A DNA stretch of 30,569 nucleotides from Patescibacteria group bacterium (GCA_018827685.1 JAHJXD010000016.1:1-30569), one strand, 5' to 3'. Shown: positions 7,349-16,853, counted from the first letter of the stretch. The notes: generated from the letters alone by a model not told the origin. Numbers and translations are program-made.

Positions 7349-8659
7349 ATGCAAATTTCTAACCGGGTGACGCAACAAACCAAGTTAAACAACAGCCAGC
7401 CTGACGTTTCCAACGATGATTTTCAAAAATTATTGGACGCGGAAAAAGCCAAAATTCCTCAAGTCGGGGATATTATAAAAGGTACGGTTTTGTCCGCTTC
7501 AAAAGCTGAAGTTAAACTTGATATTGATGGCATAGCTACGGGTGTGGTGCGTGGTAGAGAGCTTTATTTTGAAGCTGAAGAATATGCTAATTTAAAACCT
7601 GGCGATGTAATTGAAGCGACAATAGTTGAAGAGGAAAATGAAAATGGAGATTTAGAACTGTCATTTAGAAGCGCAGGCCAGCAAAAGGCTTGGAACGCTT
7701 TATTTGACGCTTATGAAAATAGAACAATATTAAAATTTAGAGTTAATGACGCGAATAAAGGCGGTTTGATAGTAAGCTATGGACAAATTCAAGGCTTTTT
7801 ACCGGTTTCGCAATTAGCTCCGGAAAATTATCCGCGAGTTAACGGCGGTGATAAAAGCAGAATTTTAGACAAGTTAAAATCTTTTGTTGGTACGGATTTT
7901 GAGGTCAAAATTATGACTTTAGATGAAAAGGATGATAAATTAATTGTTAGCGAGAAAGAAGCTTGGCAAGAAAAACAGAAAGATATAATTTCTCAATATA
8001 AAGTTGGCAGTGTTGTCGAAGGAGTAATTACGGCCTTGACTAATTTTGGAGTTTTTGTAAGTTTTGGCGAAAATTTAGAAGGTTTAATTCATATTTCTGA
8101 GATAGCCTGGCAACGAATTGACGATCCGTCGGATTTATTCAAGATCAGAGATAAGATTAAGGCCGAGATAATCTCCATTGAAGGTTCAAAAATATTTTTA
8201 TCAACCAAGAAGCTGTTAACTGATCCTTGGTATGATGTGGAAAAGAAATACAAGATTGGCCAAGTAGTTTCCGGCACCATACTTAAAGTTAATCTATTTG
8301 GTTTGTTTGTTGAATTGGACCATGATATTCATGGCTTAGCGCATATTAGCCAGATTGGCTTGGCGCCGGAGCAAAATATTAGCGAAGTTTTTCATGCAGG
8401 AGAAAAAAGGGATTTTATAATTGTTTCAATTGAACCAAAAGATCATCGCTTAGGTTTGTCTGTCTTGATTAAAGCCAAGCAACCTACTGCGCAACCTACT
8501 GCTAAAAGCAAAAAGAAACAAGACCTTTCGGCAAGCTCAGGGCAAGCTGATGGTGAAAAAGATGGTGAAAAAGCGGTTAAAACCAAGAAAGTAAAAAAAG
8601 AAAAAATTAACCAAGCAGAAGAAAAAAAGATAAAAAATATTTCGGCGACAGCCTTGTAA
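7349..8659 (+). CDS. rpsA: 30S ribosomal protein S1 (four S1 domains, Lys-rich tail)
   Basis: GDIIKGTV, NKGGLIV...GFLPVSQL, FGVFV...EGLIHISE, FGLFV...GLAHISQ. Confidence 0.9.
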   Translation: MQISNRVTQQTKLNNSQPDVSNDDFQKLLDAEKAKIPQVGDIIKGTVLSASKAEVKLDIDGIATGVVRGRELYFEAEEYANLKPGDVIEATIVEEENENGDLELSFRSAGQQKAWNALFDAYENRTILKFRVNDANKGGLIVSYGQIQGFLPVSQLAPENYPRVNGGDKSRILDKLKSFVGTDFEVKIMTLDEKDDKLIVSEKEAWQEKQKDIISQYKVGSVVEGVITALTNFGVFVSFGENLEGLIHISEIAWQRIDDPSDLFKIRDKIKAEIISIEGSKIFLSTKKLLTDPWYDVEKKYKIGQVVSGTILKVNLFGLFVELDHDIHGLAHISQIGLAPEQNISEVFHAGEKRDFIIVSIEPKDHRLGLSVLIKAKQPTAQPTAKSKKKQDLSASSGQADGEKDGEKAVKTKKVKKEKINQAEEKKIKNISATAL

Positions 8660-8662
8660 AAT

Positions 8663-10069
8663 ATGGCCAACAAAAAGCATGATACAGCCTTAGAAAAAAT
8701 CGTTTCTTTGTGCAAGCGGCGCGGTTTTGTTTATCCGTCTTCGGAAATTTATGGTGGTCTGGCCGCCATATATGATTATGGCCATTATGGAACGCTGCTT
8801 AAAAATAATATACGCGATTCGTGGTGGAAAAGTATGATCCAAACCAGGCACGACATCGTGGGGCTTGATAGCGCAATTTTTATGCATCCAAAAACTTGGA
8901 TTGCTTCCGGGCATGTGAGCGGTTTTAATGATCCTCAAGTTGATTGTAAAGCATGTAAAAATAGATTTAGAGCCGATCATTTATTAAAAAATTACAGAAT
9001 TGAAGCGGATAAAGCTACTATAGAAGAAATTAATAAAAATTTAGCCGAGTTGCGCGCGAAAAAAAAGTTGAAATGCCCTAATTGCGGTTCAACTAATTTA
9101 ACAGACGCGAAAATATTTTCGTTAATGGTAAAATCAAATATCGGTTCTCCGACAGAAGAGCTCACGGAAGAAAATGTCGTTTATTTAAGGCCGGAAACCT
9201 GCGGAGGCATATATTTGGAATATAAAAATACGGTTGATTCTTTGCATAAAAAACTTCCCTTTGGCATCGCGCAAGTTGGCAAGGCTTTTAGAAATGAAAT
9301 TGTAGCGCGACAATTTATTTTTAGAACTCGTGAATTTGAACAAATGGAAATGCAGTATTTTCTTGATCCGAGCATGATGAAAGAAAAATATGAAATGTGG
9401 AAAGATTTAAGATGGAATTGGTATTTAGCCAACGGCATTCCTGCTGATAAAATAAAATGGCATAAACACGAAAAATTGGCTCATTACGCGACTGAAGCTT
9501 ATGATATTTTGTATGATTTTAAAATGTTGGGCGGCTTTGACGAAGTTGAAGGAATTCATGCCAGAGGAAATTGGGACTTAACTCAACACGCAAAATTTTC
9601 CGGCGTTGATTTTAATTATACGGATGAAAAAACCCGCGATAAATTTATTCCGCATATTATGGAAACTTCCGCGGGACTTAATCGGCTGCTGTTAATGTTT
9701 CTTGATTTTGCCTATAATGAAGAAGAAGTAAAACACGAAACCAGAGTGGTTATGAAGTTTCCCAAGCATTTGGCGCCAATTAAGATCGCCATCTTTCCTT
9801 TATTAAGGAATAAGCCAGAGCTGGTAAGCAAAGCTAAAGAATTATATTTAGAGTTGGCAAAAAAGTATATGTGCGAATTTGATGATAATGGCAATATTGG
9901 CAAACGTTATCGCCGGCAAGATGAAATCGGCACGCCATATTGTGTAACTATTGATTTTGATACTTTTACCGATGGACAGGTTACGGTAAGAGATCGTGAT
10001 ACCATGGAGCAGGTAAGAATTAAAATTTTAGACTTAGATAATTTTTTCCAAAATAAATTCGCTCAATAA
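8663..10069 (+). CDS. glyQS: Glycine--tRNA ligase, homodimeric alpha2 type
   Basis: CKRRGFVYPSSEIYGG, YLRPET, GKAFRNEI...IFRTREFEQMEMQ, anticodon domain GKRYRRQDEIGTP. Confidence 0.97.
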   Translation: MANKKHDTALEKIVSLCKRRGFVYPSSEIYGGLAAIYDYGHYGTLLKNNIRDSWWKSMIQTRHDIVGLDSAIFMHPKTWIASGHVSGFNDPQVDCKACKNRFRADHLLKNYRIEADKATIEEINKNLAELRAKKKLKCPNCGSTNLTDAKIFSLMVKSNIGSPTEELTEENVVYLRPETCGGIYLEYKNTVDSLHKKLPFGIAQVGKAFRNEIVARQFIFRTREFEQMEMQYFLDPSMMKEKYEMWKDLRWNWYLANGIPADKIKWHKHEKLAHYATEAYDILYDFKMLGGFDEVEGIHARGNWDLTQHAKFSGVDFNYTDEKTRDKFIPHIMETSAGLNRLLLMFLDFAYNEEEVKHETRVVMKFPKHLAPIKIAIFPLLRNKPELVSKAKELYLELAKKYMCEFDDNGNIGKRYRRQDEIGTPYCVTIDFDTFTDGQVTVRDRDTMEQVRIKILDLDNFFQNKFAQ

Positions 10070-11902
10070 ATGAAAAATTTAATTAAAAACTTTTTAATAT
10101 TTTTTACGGTATTTTTACTAATTGCCGCGCTTTTTAGTTTATTAGGTGATCATGGTCAAAAAACCGAACAAGTCGGCGTGGAAACTTTAATTACTCAAAT
10201 TAATAATCAGGAAGTTGGCAAAATTATTATTGTGGGTAATGAAATAAGAGCAACTTTAAAGAATGGAAAAAACCAGACAGTGAAAAAAGAAGCTGGCGAT
10301 ACTTTTTCGCAGATTGTTAAAAATTATAATGTTGATCCAAATAAATTAAACGGTTTGTTAATTGAAGTCCAAGACAATCAAGGCATAGATTATTGGCTGG
10401 TTACAATTTTGCCCTTCTTAATTCCCTTTTTACTCATCAGCATTTTTATTTATTTTATGATGCGTTCGGTACAGGGCGCTAATTCTAAGGCCATGATGTT
10501 CGGCCAGTCTCAGACCAAGGAAACCGACAAAGAATTTAAAGGCAAGGTAACTTTTCAAGATGTGGCAGGGGTTAAAGAGGCTAAAGAAGAATTATCAGAA
10601 GTGGTTGAATTTTTAAAAAATTCTCAGAAATTTTCCGAATTAGGAGCGCGCACGCCGCGCGGAGTTTTGCTTTTGGGCAGCCCTGGTACGGGCAAAACAT
10701 TGTTAGCTCGCGCAGTTGCAGGCGAGGCCAACGTGCCGTTTTTTTCCATCTCCGGATCTGAATTCGTGGAAATGTTCGTGGGCGTTGGCGCTTCGCGCGT
10801 TAGAGATTTATTTCGTAAAGCTAAAAAAAGCGCGCCTTGTATAATTTTTATTGATGAAATTGACGCGGTTGGTCGTCGCCGCGGAGCCGGACTGGGCGGT
10901 TCTCATGACGAACGCGAGCAAACTTTAAATCAGATTTTAGTGGAAATGGACGGTTTTGATCCTAATACCAATGTTATCGTTATCGCGGCCACTAACAGGC
11001 CTGATGTTTTAGATCCAGCGCTTCTTCGGCCTGGGCGTTTTGACCGCCGGGTTATTTTAGATGAACCTAATTTAGCTGACCGCGAAGCTATTTTAAAAGT
11101 TCACTCCAAGAAAAAACCGTTAGGTAAAGAAGTAAGTTTGAAGCGCGTGGCCGAAAGAACCCCTGGTTTTACCGGCGCTGATTTAGCCAATCTTTTAAAT
11201 GAAGCCGCGATTTTAGCAGCCATGAAAAATAAAAAAATAATTGATTTGGAAGAAATTTTTTCTTCCATTGAAAAGGTAATGCTCGGACCGGAAAGAAAAT
11301 CAAGAATTTTATCCGACAAAGAAAAAAAAATAACCGCTTATCATGAAGCCGGCCACGCGATCGTAGCGCATTTTTCCCTTCATAGCGATCCTGTGCAAAA
11401 GGTTTCTATTATCGCTCGTGGTCAAGCCGGCGGCTATACTTTAAAAATACCGCTTGAAGATAAACACATGTATTCCAAGACCGAGTATGTTGAAGAAATT
11501 GCCATCTTACTCGCTGGTTATGTTACTGAACAGGAAATTTGCGGAGAAGTTACTACTGGCGCTACTTCTGATTTAAGGCGCGCCACAGGATTGGCCAGAA
11601 AATTAATTACTGATTTCGGCATGAGCGAATCTTTAGGTCCGCGCACTTTTGGCGAAAAAGACGAGATGATATTTTTAGGCAGAGAAATTCATGAACAGCG
11701 CGATTACAGCGAAAAGATGGCCGAGGAAATTGATAAAGAAATATCCAATTTCATTGATAAAGCCGCGCATCAAGCTAAAGGTTTAATTAAAACCAATCAT
11801 GAATTTTTAGAAAAAGTTGTGGCTGAGCTTATGGAAAAAGAGACTTTGGAAAAAGAGGAATTTGAAAAAATTGTCGGTCCAAAGCAACAAGAGGCTGAGT
11901 AA
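10070..11902 (+). CDS. ftsH: ATP-dependent zinc metalloprotease FtsH
   Basis: Two TM helices, [29 protein letters not shown] zinc motif. Confidence 0.98.
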   Translation: MKNLIKNFLIFFTVFLLIAALFSLLGDHGQKTEQVGVETLITQINNQEVGKIIIVGNEIRATLKNGKNQTVKKEAGDTFSQIVKNYNVDPNKLNGLLIEVQDNQGIDYWLVTILPFLIPFLLISIFIYFMMRSVQGANSKAMMFGQSQTKETDKEFKGKVTFQDVAGVKEAKEELSEVVEFLKNSQKFSELGARTPRGVLLLGSPGTGKTLLARAVAGEANVPFFSISGSEFVEMFVGVGASRVRDLFRKAKKSAPCIIFIDEIDAVGRRRGAGLGGSHDEREQTLNQILVEMDGFDPNTNVIVIAATNRPDVLDPALLRPGRFDRRVILDEPNLADREAILKVHSKKKPLGKEVSLKRVAERTPGFTGADLANLLNEAAILAAMKNKKIIDLEEIFSSIEKVMLGPERKSRILSDKEKKITAYHEAGHAIVAHFSLHSDPVQKVSIIARGQAGGYTLKIPLEDKHMYSKTEYVEEIAILLAGYVTEQEICGEVTTGATSDLRRATGLARKLITDFGMSESLGPRTFGEKDEMIFLGREIHEQRDYSEKMAEEIDKEISNFIDKAAHQAKGLIKTNHEFLEKVVAELMEKETLEKEEFEKIVGPKQQEAE

Positions 11903-11916
11903 TCGTTCTTTATTTA

Positions 11917-11968
11917 GGGATTGTGGTCCAATGCCATATTGGGCATAAATTTCCTCGAAATAATGAAA
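11917..11968 (+). repeat. Internally deleted left half of the family B element
   Basis: 11917-11954 matches 14782-14819 (34/38). 11947-11968 matches 14889-14910 (21/22). The join is at an AAATTTCC microhomology, and the match ends at the ATGAAA start of the next gene. Confidence 0.8.
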
Positions 11969-12679
11969 TTAATAAAACAAGAAAAATTAAACAAAGAAAT
12001 AATGGAAAAATATTCATGCGATAAGGGAGTTGATAAAAGAGGAAAATCTCCGGTAAGATTATGGTTTATTTTTATTCCATTGATGTTGGTAATTTTATCA
12101 GGCGCTTTCTGGCTACACAATAACCAGGGGCGAGTATATATCAGCTATCACGAGGCCAAACCTGGTTCATGGTTTTGTGATACTGGAGAGTCATGGGTCA
12201 ATGTCGCGGTTATAGATGGTTTTAAGCTAAAAAAGGCTAGAATTAATAATGTCCAGGAAATTAAAGAAGTTTGCTCCGGCCTTAAAAAGGGCAGTTTGAG
12301 ATATTCTTATACAGATTTAGACAATGATGATTCATATGAAATTGTGCTTAACGGTAAATGGGACAATGGTAATCAAGTCCAATACTATTTAAAAATAAAA
12401 AAAGACAAGCTGTTTGTTATACCAATTGACAGTTCTGATTTTAATGGCGGCGCAGATGGTTTGGTTAATAAGGCAGTATATCTAAATTGGCCGAACGAGC
12501 GAGGCAAATATATTTTTACTGCTGAAAGTATAGTACATTATTCAAACCCGCCGGATAAAATTTTTCGCGACCTTTATCATTTTAATGATAAAGGTGAAAT
12601 TGAGCTTTATCGCAGAGAAACCGAAGAGCTGACTGGCAATGTATCTAAAATTGGAAAGATTACTGAAATGAAAAGATAA
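11963..12679 (+). CDS. Hypothetical single-pass membrane protein with extracytoplasmic domain
   Basis: TM segment LWFIFIPLMLVILSGAFWL and a DLDNDDSYEI calcium-binding-like motif. The ATG at 11963 is preferred over the TTG at 11921, which lies in the repeat. Confidence 0.75.
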   Translation: MKLIKQEKLNKEIMEKYSCDKGVDKRGKSPVRLWFIFIPLMLVILSGAFWLHNNQGRVYISYHEAKPGSWFCDTGESWVNVAVIDGFKLKKARINNVQEIKEVCSGLKKGSLRYSYTDLDNDDSYEIVLNGKWDNGNQVQYYLKIKKDKLFVIPIDSSDFNGGADGLVNKAVYLNWPNERGKYIFTAESIVHYSNPPDKIFRDLYHFNDKGEIELYRRETEELTGNVSKIGKITEMKR

Positions 12680-12866
12680 AAATTGTGTTAGTTCAAACGG
12701 TTAGTAAAAATGCGAATCTATTTGGCTGTATAAAGAGCTATAGCCCCCCGCAAGACAAATTCGGGTGTTTTGCAAAGAGAATTTATAGGGAAAAAAGAAA
12801 GACAAATTGGCTAATTTTAATAATTTTTATGCTAAAATATAGGCATAAACATAAATACTAGGAAAT

Positions 12867-13607
12867 ATGCTAGATAGCCTTATTTTAAACAAAAAATCTA
12901 TAGAAAATATTTACAAGACTATTTGTGAATATCACGAAAAATATTTAAAGCAATTTGGGGTCAAATTGCCAAAACTTTATGCTTCCAAAGGCAAGTTTAC
13001 AAAAGACGCTTTGGTTTTAGTTTATCTTGCTTACGATTACCCTAAAACCAGAAAAGTAAGTAAAGAAGAGCTTACTAAATTTGTCAGGAGTTATTATCCG
13101 GATACGAATGATGTCCAACAGGCTAGACACTTGGGAGCACAAGCTGGCTGGTGGATAGTTGCGGGAGGACGAGATAACATTGTTTTAAGAATAAAAAGAG
13201 GATCGTACCAGTTTTACACATTAGAACAACCATACCCAGGGTTTAAAAAAGGACATAGAATTTCCAAAACCGATGATTGGAATAAAATAAAAGAAAAGTA
13301 TAATTATCGTTGCGCTACTTGTAGTTCGCAGGAAGGAAAACCGCATTTTCATTGGCCAGCAACAAAAACCATTCTACAAAAATCGCACATGGACCTAAAC
13401 AAGCCACTGATTGCCGGAAATATTATTCCTCAATGCCAAAAATGCAATAGAGCCGACAGAAATAGATGGGTTTATGATGAAAAAGGCAGGGTTATCAAAT
13501 TGGCGGATGCAAATTTTGTCAAAAATTTCGATAAAGATGTGAGAAAAAAGATATACAAAATATTGCACAAAGAATTTAGAGGCAAAAAATTTAATTCTAA
13601 AAAGTAA
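12867..13607 (+). CDS. Putative type II restriction endonuclease, HNH family
   Basis: CATC and SHMD...NIIPQCQKCN HNH/Zn motifs after a wHTH-like region (layout reminiscent of R.KpnI). Lies 3 bp before a methyltransferase gene. Confidence 0.75.
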   Translation: MLDSLILNKKSIENIYKTICEYHEKYLKQFGVKLPKLYASKGKFTKDALVLVYLAYDYPKTRKVSKEELTKFVRSYYPDTNDVQQARHLGAQAGWWIVAGGRDNIVLRIKRGSYQFYTLEQPYPGFKKGHRISKTDDWNKIKEKYNYRCATCSSQEGKPHFHWPATKTILQKSHMDLNKPLIAGNIIPQCQKCNRADRNRWVYDEKGRVIKLADANFVKNFDKDVRKKIYKILHKEFRGKKFNSKK

Positions 13608-13610
13608 AAC

Positions 13611-14618
13611 ATGAAAAATAATAAATTTATAAACAAAATAATTTGTGCCGACACTTTAGAATTACTTCCCAAAATTGAAGATAATTCAATTGATGTTGTT
13701 TTAACTGACCCGCCGTATTTTTTAGATAAATTTGACAATAACTGGGACTACGAAGAAGTATCAAATCAAAATAATCAATATACAATCAAATCACTTCCTG
13801 CCGGAATGAAATTTGACAGAGAACAAGGCAAAAAATTTTATTCTTGGTATTTAAAAATTTCCGAAGAAATTTTTAGAATTTTGAAGCCAGGCGGTTTTTT
13901 CTTTTCATTTTCCAGCCCTAGATTATACCACAGAATGGCTTCTGCGATAGATGACGCTGGTTTTGAAATCAGAGATGCTTTTATGTGGCTTTACACTCAA
14001 AATCAAGCTAAGGCTATGGGAGTTGACCATTTTATTAAAAAAATGAATATAGACGAAAAAACAAAACAAAAAATAAAAGAAAAACTAAATGGCTGGAAAA
14101 CTCCGCAGATTAAATCTTGCTTTGAACCAATTGCCATGGCACAAAAACCCACCGATCAAACCTATCTCAATAATATGCTTAAACATGAAGTTGGAATGTT
14201 CAATACGAATGTAAAAATTGGGGATAATATGTATCCAGCGAATGTTTTTACCGTTGATAGCATTAATGAATTAATAGATAAAACATTTCTTTTGCCCAAA
14301 CCAACAAAAAAAGAAAAAGGCGAATATAATGATCATAAAACAGTCAAGCCGTTGGCAATATGCGAGTATCTAATTAAACTCTCTGCTTTTTCAAAAAATG
14401 CAATTGTGCTTGATCCTTTTATAGGTAGTGGCACAACTGCCGTTGCCGCTAAAAAACTAGGGAAAAATTATATTGGCATTGATGCAAACGAAAAGTATGT
14501 AAAAATTTCCGAAAAAAGATTGAAGGAATTAGATGAAAAACCAGATTTATTTAGAAACACGGAAATTGTAGTAAAACAAGAAAAAAGAAGTTTGCAAGCA
14601 CAACTACAAATAGCATAA
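13611..14618 (+). CDS. Amino-DNA methyltransferase (m6A/m4C), beta class
   Basis: Catalytic TDPPY precedes HKTVKP and the SAM-binding DPFIGSGTT. Confidence 0.95.
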   Translation: MKNNKFINKIICADTLELLPKIEDNSIDVVLTDPPYFLDKFDNNWDYEEVSNQNNQYTIKSLPAGMKFDREQGKKFYSWYLKISEEIFRILKPGGFFFSFSSPRLYHRMASAIDDAGFEIRDAFMWLYTQNQAKAMGVDHFIKKMNIDEKTKQKIKEKLNGWKTPQIKSCFEPIAMAQKPTDQTYLNNMLKHEVGMFNTNVKIGDNMYPANVFTVDSINELIDKTFLLPKPTKKEKGEYNDHKTVKPLAICEYLIKLSAFSKNAIVLDPFIGSGTTAVAAKKLGKNYIGIDANEKYVKISEKRLKELDEKPDLFRNTEIVVKQEKRSLQAQLQIA

Positions 14619-14686
14619 ATGACGTATCACTACCTGCCAAACCCAACCCCTCTTGCCCCTCGCCAAAACAGAAAAAATTAAATTTC

Positions 14687-14739
14687 GGTGTCATTTTAGA
14701 TGATGTATCAATGAGCCTCTTGGTGTCATTTTAGATGAT
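14687..14739. repeat. 18-bp direct repeat x2, 35-bp period
   Basis: GGTGTCATTTTAGATGAT at 14687-14704 and 14722-14739, each with an internal TCAT-N5-ATGA dyad. Confidence 0.8.
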
Positions 14740-14774
14740 TTGATGCGAGCCATATGTTAAAATAAAATTTTGTG

Positions 14775-14951
14775 CTATAATGGGACTGTGACCCAATGCC
14801 ATATTCGGCATAAATTTCCAAATTTCGGTAAATTTTTATCTAAAATTTTTTCGCTAATATATCCATATTCCCTCAAAAATTTTTTAAAAAATTTCCTCGA
14901 AATTATGAAAATTTATAGCTGAAAGAGCATTCGGCGACAGTCCCATAATAG
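14775..14951. mobile_element. 177-bp MITE/REP-like element with 25-bp TIRs (family B, full copy)
   Basis: CTATAATGGGACTGTGACCCAATGC vs the reverse complement of 14927-14951, CTATTATGGGACTGTCGCCGAATGC: 21/25. ACAGTCCC/ACAGCCC-type end motifs also occur near 228-247, 3221-3259, 4088-4100, 5606-5616, 7153-7163, 18865-18907 and 21835-21845. Confidence 0.75.
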
Positions 14952-15001
14952 AAATAGACGCGACAATCATTTAATTTTTTAAAAAAATAAAATAAAAATT
15001 T

Positions 15002-15988
15002 ATGTTATTTTATCGAACTATTTTAAAACAAGCTTGGGAATTAACTTGGCGCAATAAATATCTCTGGTGGTTTGGCATTTTCGCCGCACTAGTCGGTAAT
15101 GGCGGCGAATTTGAAATTTTATTTAATAACGCGGGCGCGAATCCAGGTCAGGCTTTATTTCCAGCTTGGCAAAGAATTGCTTCAACAGGAGTGTTTAGCG
15201 GTCACACCATAGCCAATATTAGAAATTTATTAAAGCAAGATATTTTAAACATGATTTTTGTTTTAGTTGTTTGTTTGACCATTTTAGCTATTTGTCTGTT
15301 TTTAATTTGGCTGATTATAGTTTCGCAGGCGGCCATAGTTAATAATTCGGCCGCGATTATTAAGCAGAAAAAACCTACCATTAGGGATGGTTTGGATTCC
15401 GGGATTTTAAATTTTTGGCCAGTACTAACTTTAAATATTATAATTAAAGCCATGATTTACATATTATTAGTGGCGGTTAGCCTGCCGGTGATTTTTTTCC
15501 AAGGAAGTTTTAACGCCAACCTTTTTTATATTATTGCTTTGGTCATTGCAGTGCCGGTGGCTATAATTTTATCTTTTATCATGAAATACGCAGTGGCCTA
15601 TGTGGTTATTAATAAAAGCAAAGTTATGTCGGCGATTAAACAAAGTTGCCAGCTTTTTAAGAAAAATTGGCTTATAAGTTTTGAGATGGCGATTATTCTA
15701 TTTTTTATAAACCTGCTGGTTGGCATGGTTATAGTCTTGGCGATTTTAGTTTTGGCTGTGCCATTTTTATTTTTTGGTTTAATATTTTATTATTTTTTTT
15801 CTTTAGTTGGTTTTTGGTTAATTGTTATTTTGGCTGTTGCCAGTTTTTTATTCATTGTTGTTTCGGTTGGAGCGGCTTTAGCGGTTTTTCAGATTTCTTC
15901 TTGGACTGGACTATTTCTTGAATTGCAAAACAATAAAGGGGCGAGCAAATTGGTTAGATTGGTAAATAGCATTGTTAAGGTTGGTTAA
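15002..15988 (+). CDS. Multi-pass membrane protein of unknown function
   Basis: About six long hydrophobic segments, with a YLWWFGIFAAL N-terminal motif. Confidence 0.85.
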   Translation: MLFYRTILKQAWELTWRNKYLWWFGIFAALVGNGGEFEILFNNAGANPGQALFPAWQRIASTGVFSGHTIANIRNLLKQDILNMIFVLVVCLTILAICLFLIWLIIVSQAAIVNNSAAIIKQKKPTIRDGLDSGILNFWPVLTLNIIIKAMIYILLVAVSLPVIFFQGSFNANLFYIIALVIAVPVAIILSFIMKYAVAYVVINKSKVMSAIKQSCQLFKKNWLISFEMAIILFFINLLVGMVIVLAILVLAVPFLFFGLIFYYFFSLVGFWLIVILAVASFLFIVVSVGAALAVFQISSWTGLFLELQNNKGASKLVRLVNSIVKVG

Positions 15989-16005
15989 AATAAAGTTGTA
16001 CGTCA

Positions 16006-16489
16006 TAATAAAAAGCCTTTTAATTTATTTTTTATAATTTCGGCAATTTATTTTGCCATACTAACAAAAAATTATGAACATGGATAAATATGTATACCCA
16101 TACGAAAACAAGCCAAACAAAGATCAACTCGCAGAACAACGCAATAAATACATTGACCAAGCAGTCGATGGCATTCTTAAACATTTTAAGTATAGCTCTG
16201 ATTTATATCATGAGCTTAAATTAAAAAAATATAGCGATGAAGAGCTGAAAGATTTTTTTTACAAATTTCGTCATCAACCATCTTAATTGTAAGCATGATG
16301 TTGATAAAAATTCATCGAAGCAAAAGAAAGATGAGATTGCTCAAGAATATCCACATATATTAATATACAGTAAAATTGATAGGCTCGTCGATCGTTTTAA
16401 AAGCATATTGAAAGCAGAAAAAGAATACGACGGAGAATAAATTGCCGAAATTTTTTTCATAAGGAGATAAATTAAAAGGCTTTTTATTA
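16006..16489. mobile_element. 484-bp element with bipartite TIRs carrying one ORF (family D)
   Basis: 16006-16028 is a perfect inverted repeat of 16467-16489 (23 bp). 16036-16050 is a perfect inverted repeat of 16438-16452 (15 bp). No target-site duplication seen. Confidence 0.75.
16074..16440 (+). pseudogene. Frameshifted or phase-variable orphan gene (about 121 aa if repaired)
   Basis: The first frame stops at 16286. The +1 frame is open from 16249 to TAA 16438-16440. A T8 run at 16253-16260 lies in the only possible shift window. Confidence 0.65.
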
Positions 16490-16510
16490 CTCAAGCCACG
16501 CTGCGCTCTC

Positions 16511-16605
16511 GTTCCGCCTCTTTTTATAATATTACATTAAGGAAGGCGGAACTTCGGGATGCCTAACAAAGAATAAAAGGAAAATGCCTCGGCTCGGCAT
16601 TTTCC
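16511..16605. repeat. Two GC-rich palindromes
   Basis: GTTCCGCCT (16511-16519) with AGGCGGAAC (16544-16552); GGAAAATGCC (16579-16588) with GGCATTTTCC (16596-16605). Confidence 0.7.
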
Positions 16606-16627
16606 CAAATCCCACGCCTTAGTTCTG

Positions 16628-16715
16628 TGATATAATAGAGCCAGTGCCATTTAACAAGTTTTGAGGGTAGAATAAGTTTTACGCTTTTAGTTGGCGCGGG
16701 ACTTCTTTTATTCTT
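16628..16715 (+). ncRNA. Candidate small RNA with its own extended -10 promoter
   Basis: TGaTATAAT (16628-16636). GTGCCA (16644-16649) can pair with TGGCGC (16692-16697). A T-rich tail follows, and there is no ORF. Confidence 0.3.
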
Positions 16716-16737
16716 AAACGTTATTAAAAATAATATA

Positions 16738-16768
16738 AAAAGAACATAACGGTTTGTTATGTTCTTTT
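16738..16768. terminator. Perfect 13-bp hairpin, possible bidirectional terminator
   Basis: AAAAGAACATAAC-GGTTT-GTTATGTTCTTTT. Confidence 0.6.
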
Positions 16769-16853
16769 GGTAAAACGGATTATTTTAATATTTATAAGTG
16801 TGAAAATTTTAATTGCATTTTTGTCTAGTATATGTAAAAATAAAAGAAATATT

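Noticed and set aside
8479-8502. GCAACCTACTGC duplication in the rpsA tail resembling the family C end
   Set aside because: Only a 9-bp match (ACCTACTGC), explained by a simple QPTA tandem duplication.
14687-14739. Mini CRISPR array
   Set aside because: Only two 18-bp repeats, a 17-bp spacer and no cas genes.
14770-14915. Peptide-coding frame on the minus strand of the family B element (IFIISRKFFKK...WVTVPL)
   Set aside because: No start codon after the upstream stop, and the frame is not kept in the homologous family C interior.
16738-16768. LexA/SOS box upstream of ruvA
   Set aside because: GAAC and GTTC are 15 bp apart, not the 4 bp of the Gram-positive box. A terminator-like hairpin explains it better.
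3228-16853. Longer ORF-track starts for nrdG (3228), the 11921 ORF and ruvA (16767)
   Set aside because: The extensions run through repeat or hairpin DNA and start at GTG/TTG. Downstream ATGs match family N-termini (nrdG, ruvA) or avoid the repeat (11963).
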